This document shows positions 59,660 to 64,000 of a stretch of 64,000 nt of DNA, one piece after another (within the stretch, counting starts at the first letter, position 1; every line of letters starts with the position of its first letter). A program made the position numbers and the translations under genes. The notes below the pieces were generated by a model. It was not told the DNA's origin. It was given only the letters and a program-made list of their open reading frames with translations, and made no database searches. The DNA comes from a virus (Duplodnaviria; Heunggongvirae; Uroviricota; Caudoviricetes). The stretch is taken from the IMG/VR virus record IMGVR_UViG_647533110_000001. One strand, written 5' to 3'.

Positions 59660-60718
59660 TCAGTCGGCTGCCCCAATTAGAGGTAATCCAAGAAATTCTT
59701 CAAGTCCCCCTTTGTTAGCCATTTTCCATCTTTTTTGTAACTTCCTTTGATCTTCATTTTCGAGTGTCTCTAACGCTTTTGATTCCTGTTCGGTTGTTAT
59801 GTCCAAATATACCATTGTCGTTTGGATACATTCATGTCCGAGTAGATACGATATTTGTGCTATATTCATGCCATTTTCGAGCCAATGTGAGGCTTTGGCA
59901 TGTCGGAACTGATGGGCATGCAGATTCAAGGGTACTTCTTTACATATTTTTTTCGCTATTGCGGCATACCGCTTCAATAGTTTATTCACATTCTCGGCAG
60001 ACATTGGTACGTAAATCCCCCTGCTTTTGGAATAGAACAAAAGGGCATCCGGATTATTGGGATTCGGATGGCATTCCGCAAGGTATTGTTTTATGTACTG
60101 TACTGGTTTGGCCAAAAGTGGTATAGGACGCTTTTTTCTGCCTTTTCCGATAACGATAATTCGCGGTTTCGGACCATCTGTAAAAATATTGCCAATTTTC
60201 AAAGAAAGGAGTTCGTTAATACGGACTGCCGTAGAATACAAGGTCAGCATTAGGGTATAGTCTCTGAGACCGCGAATCGTCCTCTGGTTGGGAACTGTGA
60301 AAAGGGCATTCACGGCCATCTTGCTAAGCCCCACGACTTTTCTCTTGGGTGTTTTCTGATTAGGCACTGTCTCTGCCTGAAGATAGGAAGTCATAAACGC
60401 TATGTCTTTATCAGCCATATATTTTAGGAAGGCTCTTAGTGCCGACAGCCTTACATTACATGTTGCAGGGCTGCAAGACCTGTGTTCTTTTAACCATAGA
60501 ATCCATTCATTCATGTTTTCTAAAGAAAAGCACTGGGCACTCAATGTCTTCGGAGAGATCTGCTTGACACTCCTCAAAAACATCACATAAAGTGCCACTG
60601 AAGTTTCGTAGTTTCTTTTGGTATAAGGACTGCATGCCTTTATTGATGGCACGTGGTATTCAAGCCATTCATTCAGGTATTTTGCAATTAGCAATGCTTG
60701 TGGATTAATCTTTTTCAT
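59660..60718 (-). CDS. tyrosine recombinase (RIT trio, third)
   Basis: R (AVRINELLSL), HAHQFRH, LGHECIQTTMVY with catalytic Tyr. Confidence 0.8.
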   Translation of the reverse strand: MKKINPQALLIAKYLNEWLEYHVPSIKACSPYTKRNYETSVALYVMFLRSVKQISPKTLSAQCFSLENMNEWILWLKEHRSCSPATCNVRLSALRAFLKYMADKDIAFMTSYLQAETVPNQKTPKRKVVGLSKMAVNALFTVPNQRTIRGLRDYTLMLTLYSTAVRINELLSLKIGNIFTDGPKPRIIVIGKGRKKRPIPLLAKPVQYIKQYLAECHPNPNNPDALLFYSKSRGIYVPMSAENVNKLLKRYAAIAKKICKEVPLNLHAHQFRHAKASHWLENGMNIAQISYLLGHECIQTTMVYLDITTEQESKALETLENEDQRKLQKRWKMANKGGLEEFLGLPLIGAAD

Positions 60719-61712
60719 ATTGCGTATTGGGTATTAGAAATTCATACATTTCTGCATCAGCAGATTCTATAATATCGGAGATTCCCGGTGTCAAGGAGTA
60801 ATAGGCCATTGTACTTTCCACCTGCTTATGTCCCATGCTTTTGCTCAAGGCCAGTAACTTGTCATGAACTGTAAATCCCTGATGATTCCAACTATTGATA
60901 TTCTCGATAGCATAATTGTGTCTTAATTCATAGGGTATGGCTTTGGAACTATTGCAACTTTTCCATAAAACTCTAAAGTGGTATGTTACCCAGGCAGGAG
61001 AATGTGCCTTGTCATCCAGAGTAGGGAAAAAGTACTCACGATTTGGAAGTATATCTGATATTCTGTCATTGTAAATATGCATTAGCAAAAGCATCGTGTC
61101 ATGAAGTACGACAAAATGCTGGTCATATCCTTTTCCTGACTTTATTGACACGACTCCACTTTCAAGGTTTACATCATCGCGTTTAAGCCTTATGGCCTCA
61201 GTTGTCCTCATCCCTGAACTATACAGTAAGCGGAAAAAAACCGGAAGCGTTATCCTCTGTATTGTCGACAGGATACCTTTTCTTGGTTTTATATTGTCAC
61301 AGGCAGTGAAAAATCTAATCAGTTCTTCATGCGTGAAGGCGTGAGGTATATAAGTTTTTGGTGATGACTTCGGTACTGGCGGAAGAGTTATATGGGTCTT
61401 TCCTCGTTTTTTTAGGTATTTGAACAAGTCAAGCACGGGATAAATCCTGGATACACATGAGTTTGTGCTCTCGGTTTCCCGCTGTTTGCACCATCTATCT
61501 GCTATTTCTTGAGTCAGTTCCGTATGTCCGGGATATTCTCTGGCACAAAAATGATCGAATAATACCACGTTTTTCACATAACTGTAGCTTGTACGTCCTG
61601 ATATCTTACGGTATCTGATATATCCTTCGATGGAATTGGCAAGAAATGATTGTAACTTCATTGATAAAACACCTCCTTTCTCACTGGGTAATTTTCTATG
61701 CTTAGGGCACAT
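60705..61712 (-). CDS. tyrosine recombinase (RIT trio, second)
   Basis: MRTTEAIRLKRDDV, YELRHNYAI, MGHKQVESTMAYY; overlaps both flanking recombinase genes. Confidence 0.75.
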   Translation of the reverse strand: MCPKHRKLPSEKGGVLSMKLQSFLANSIEGYIRYRKISGRTSYSYVKNVVLFDHFCAREYPGHTELTQEIADRWCKQRETESTNSCVSRIYPVLDLFKYLKKRGKTHITLPPVPKSSPKTYIPHAFTHEELIRFFTACDNIKPRKGILSTIQRITLPVFFRLLYSSGMRTTEAIRLKRDDVNLESGVVSIKSGKGYDQHFVVLHDTMLLLMHIYNDRISDILPNREYFFPTLDDKAHSPAWVTYHFRVLWKSCNSSKAIPYELRHNYAIENINSWNHQGFTVHDKLLALSKSMGHKQVESTMAYYSLTPGISDIIESADAEMYEFLIPNTQYEKD

Positions 61713-62872
61713 TCTTTGAGGCTTTTAAACTCGGCATTAAGATAAGGATTAAGAGACTTTGGGGAGGCATGTCCCAGCGTGGAGCTTATTACAGGCTGTT
61801 GGACTCCGGCTCGAAGCAATGATGTTGCCACATGATGGCGGAAAAGGTGTAATCCCTTCCTTTCAGAGGCTTTGAGCCTTATACCAGCCTTATGCATGAT
61901 TTTTACACATATTGCATTAAGATTGGATGTATGGAGCTTTCTATATGGAGAATTCACAGTAAGGAATACGTATGGTTCATAGCACTTAGGGCGTTCCTCT
62001 ACCAGATAATCATAGATAGCATTGCCAACAACAGCTCTAAGCGGTAGTGTTAATGCCGTTCCTGTTTTCGATTGGGTAATAATAATCAGGTCTCCTTCCC
62101 AATCAAAATCTTTCATAGTCAATGCCGATATATCGCAGCTACGCAGTCCTGTGTACAATGCAATGGTCGCAATAGCTTTGTCCTGTAGAGATATGGTCTT
62201 ATCATGTTCCAACACATGCTTTATTGCCTCGATCTCAGCTTCAGTAAGGTACTGTATGTTCTTTCTACTATTCGGTATGGTGGGCAGGTATGACATTATA
62301 TGTTCTATAATGCCATCATTGTAGTAAGGGACACATTTTTTCAATCCATATTCCACACTATATTTAAATGAATGACTTCTTATCGGTATATCATTTGGGG
62401 AAAACACCATTTGAACGGCTTCCTCATCTATAGCATCCAAGGAGTTTATTCCATATTTCTGTAAAGTTAAAAAGAACGAACTCATGGCTACTTTAATGGT
62501 TGGAACCATTTTTGTGTCTTTTCCAATGAATTTACATGCTATGTCCACGACTTTCATAAACTCTTCACATAGCTGATGGTAGTTGGATGGCTTGTGATAG
62601 TGTTTGTGTCCATCAGGTAAAGAAGCTTCCTCATCATAACGCTGAATGATACGGAGCAAACGGCTTTTATTGGCAAAAGTATGTTTGTTGTGCCATAACT
62701 TCGCTAACGTATGCTCTATATCAGCATAATTTTGCCATTCGTAACACATGGAGTTGCTTACAATCCACTTGGTTAAGTGGTTGATGTACCATATATATTG
62801 GGAAGTGTAACCAACTTCCTTCATATAGGCAACAAGACCAATAACTTTTTCTTTTAAATGCAGTATATCCAT
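61658..62872 (-). CDS. tyrosine recombinase (RIT trio, first)
   Basis: LRSCDISALTMKDF, LHLFRHHVATSLL, LGHASPKSLNPY. Confidence 0.8.
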   Translation of the reverse strand: MDILHLKEKVIGLVAYMKEVGYTSQYIWYINHLTKWIVSNSMCYEWQNYADIEHTLAKLWHNKHTFANKSRLLRIIQRYDEEASLPDGHKHYHKPSNYHQLCEEFMKVVDIACKFIGKDTKMVPTIKVAMSSFFLTLQKYGINSLDAIDEEAVQMVFSPNDIPIRSHSFKYSVEYGLKKCVPYYNDGIIEHIMSYLPTIPNSRKNIQYLTEAEIEAIKHVLEHDKTISLQDKAIATIALYTGLRSCDISALTMKDFDWEGDLIIITQSKTGTALTLPLRAVVGNAIYDYLVEERPKCYEPYVFLTVNSPYRKLHTSNLNAICVKIMHKAGIRLKASERKGLHLFRHHVATSLLRAGVQQPVISSTLGHASPKSLNPYLNAEFKSLKECALSIENYPVRKEVFYQ

Positions 62873-62993
62873 AACACATTAATATTAGTGACACGGGTAA
62901 TATACAAAAATAATCAGAACTTATCATGATATTAATTTGCCGATTTTTAGTAACATCAAATACAAAAATGGTATAATAAAAAAGTTCTGATAA

Positions 62994-64000
62994 TGCGACA
63001 AATCCAAAATTCCGGATTTATCGCATATTTTCAAGAACTTAATGTTCCAGACACGCCATAATCGTGTGGCAGGTATCGGCAACACCAAAGGCTCTCAAAG
63101 GGCAATGAACCTCTTGTTCGCCATTCGTGACATCCAACTTCGTACAGGTCGTGACCTTGGGGCTACGTTTCTGTCGGGTACAGTGGTGGTAAATGCACTG
63201 ACCGAACTATATGTGATGTTCAAGTATTTGCGTCCGCAGGAGCTTCAACGGCAACGGATTAGCTGTTTCGATGCGTGGGCAGCCATATTCACAAAGAAAA
63301 CGGCAGATTATGAGTTGAACGTGACAGGCTCGGTGAAGCGCAAAGAGCGTTTTCGTACTTACATCAAAGTACCGGAACTGGCAATGTTCCTGCGTGAGAT
63401 TACGGATTACCGTACAGCCGACATGATAAATCTTGATGTGCCTGAGAAGAACGTGCGTTTCCTTTCTTATCCCCCGACAATTGAGCAGGAGGAAATGATA
63501 GGACGCTTGGTATCTTTTGCCGGTAGCGGCCAGTGGGAGGACTTGGGGCTTGACGTTCCGCAACCCGACAACCTCGACAAGGCTAAAATGTTGGTTGCGA
63601 CCAATGTAGCCCGAAAAATGGCTCTTGATATGCGCTTGTTGGGTTGCAAGTTCAAGGATGATGCCGATAACAAGGCTTCTATCTGTGCGAGGACAATCTA
63701 TGACTACTATATACGCTCGAATGACAATCGGGGTACACAGTTCGTGTTCAGCGACCTTGGTACATACAAACCGAACGAATGGAACATATATACCGACATC
63801 AAAGAAAAGTTGGTACGGCTCGGTATTCCTGCTGATGAAATACAGTTTATCCAATGCGCCACTACCGAGAGGACAAGAAAAAAGCTGTTTGAAGAAATGA
63901 ATAACGGCAAGGTGCGAGTTCTTTTTGGAAGTACGACCATGTTAGGCACAGGTGTGAACGCCCAACAAAGGGCTGTGGCGGTGCATCACCTTGAAATACC
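62994..64000 (+). pseudogene. methylase/SNF2-helicase gene, 3' continuation, runs off window
   Basis: open frame: ...SHIFKNLMFQTRHNRVAGIGNTKGS...FSDLGTY...VRVLFGSTTMLGTGVNAQQRAVAVHHLEIP (helicase C-terminal motifs). Confidence 0.65.

Larger units (their letters stand above)
57010..62998 (-). mobile_element. RIT-like element (three tandem tyrosine recombinases) with cargo, bounded by perfect 21-bp terminal inverted repeats
   Basis: TCGCATTATCAGAACTTTTTT at 57010-57030 and its exact reverse complement at 62978-62998; interrupts the methylase-helicase ORF. Confidence 0.65.

Overview
The window looks like a Bacteroidales-type accessory region: a phage/ICE-like block, a tRNA cluster and a conjugative-transposon-like segment. 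I infer the taxon from a lipoprotein lipobox, AT-rich promoters and a CTn-like methylase-helicase gene. Positions 1-45,000 are an almost strictly unidirectional (+) block of about 70 mostly small, tightly packed genes, many with ATGA start/stop overlaps. Recognisable genes in this block are:
- a winged-HTH replication-initiator-like gene with an iteron array and AT-rich tract embedded in its own reading frame (lambda O/ori-like)
- a J-domain protein
- two paralogous small HTH proteins
- a reverse transcriptase of unassigned class, followed by about 1 kb of non-coding DNA built from four ~160-bp modules (conserved 25-nt box plus a unique long hairpin)
- an orphan C5 DNA methyltransferase
- a SAM-dependent methyltransferase-like gene
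- a tandem-HTH XRE regulator
- an RNase H
- three promoter-duplicated cassettes of convergent overlapping gene pairs
Positions 38,500-41,400 hold a tRNA cluster: tRNA-Leu(TAA), tRNA-Asn(GTT) and several non-canonical tRNA-like elements. Downstream are a GHKL ATPase + DUF4325/STAS pair, an AAA+ ATPase operon next to an IS66-family transposase, and a Panacea-domain toxin-antitoxin-like pair inside a cassette flanked by ~360-bp direct repeats. A large N6-methylase/SNF2-helicase gene is split at about 57,010 by a ~6-kb insertion bounded by perfect 21-bp inverted repeats. The insertion carries three tandem overlapping tyrosine recombinases (RIT-like) plus a SMODS/CD-NTase-like nucleotidyltransferase with a 2-TM partner. 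All calls come from reading the sequence and the ORF translations; no database search was run.
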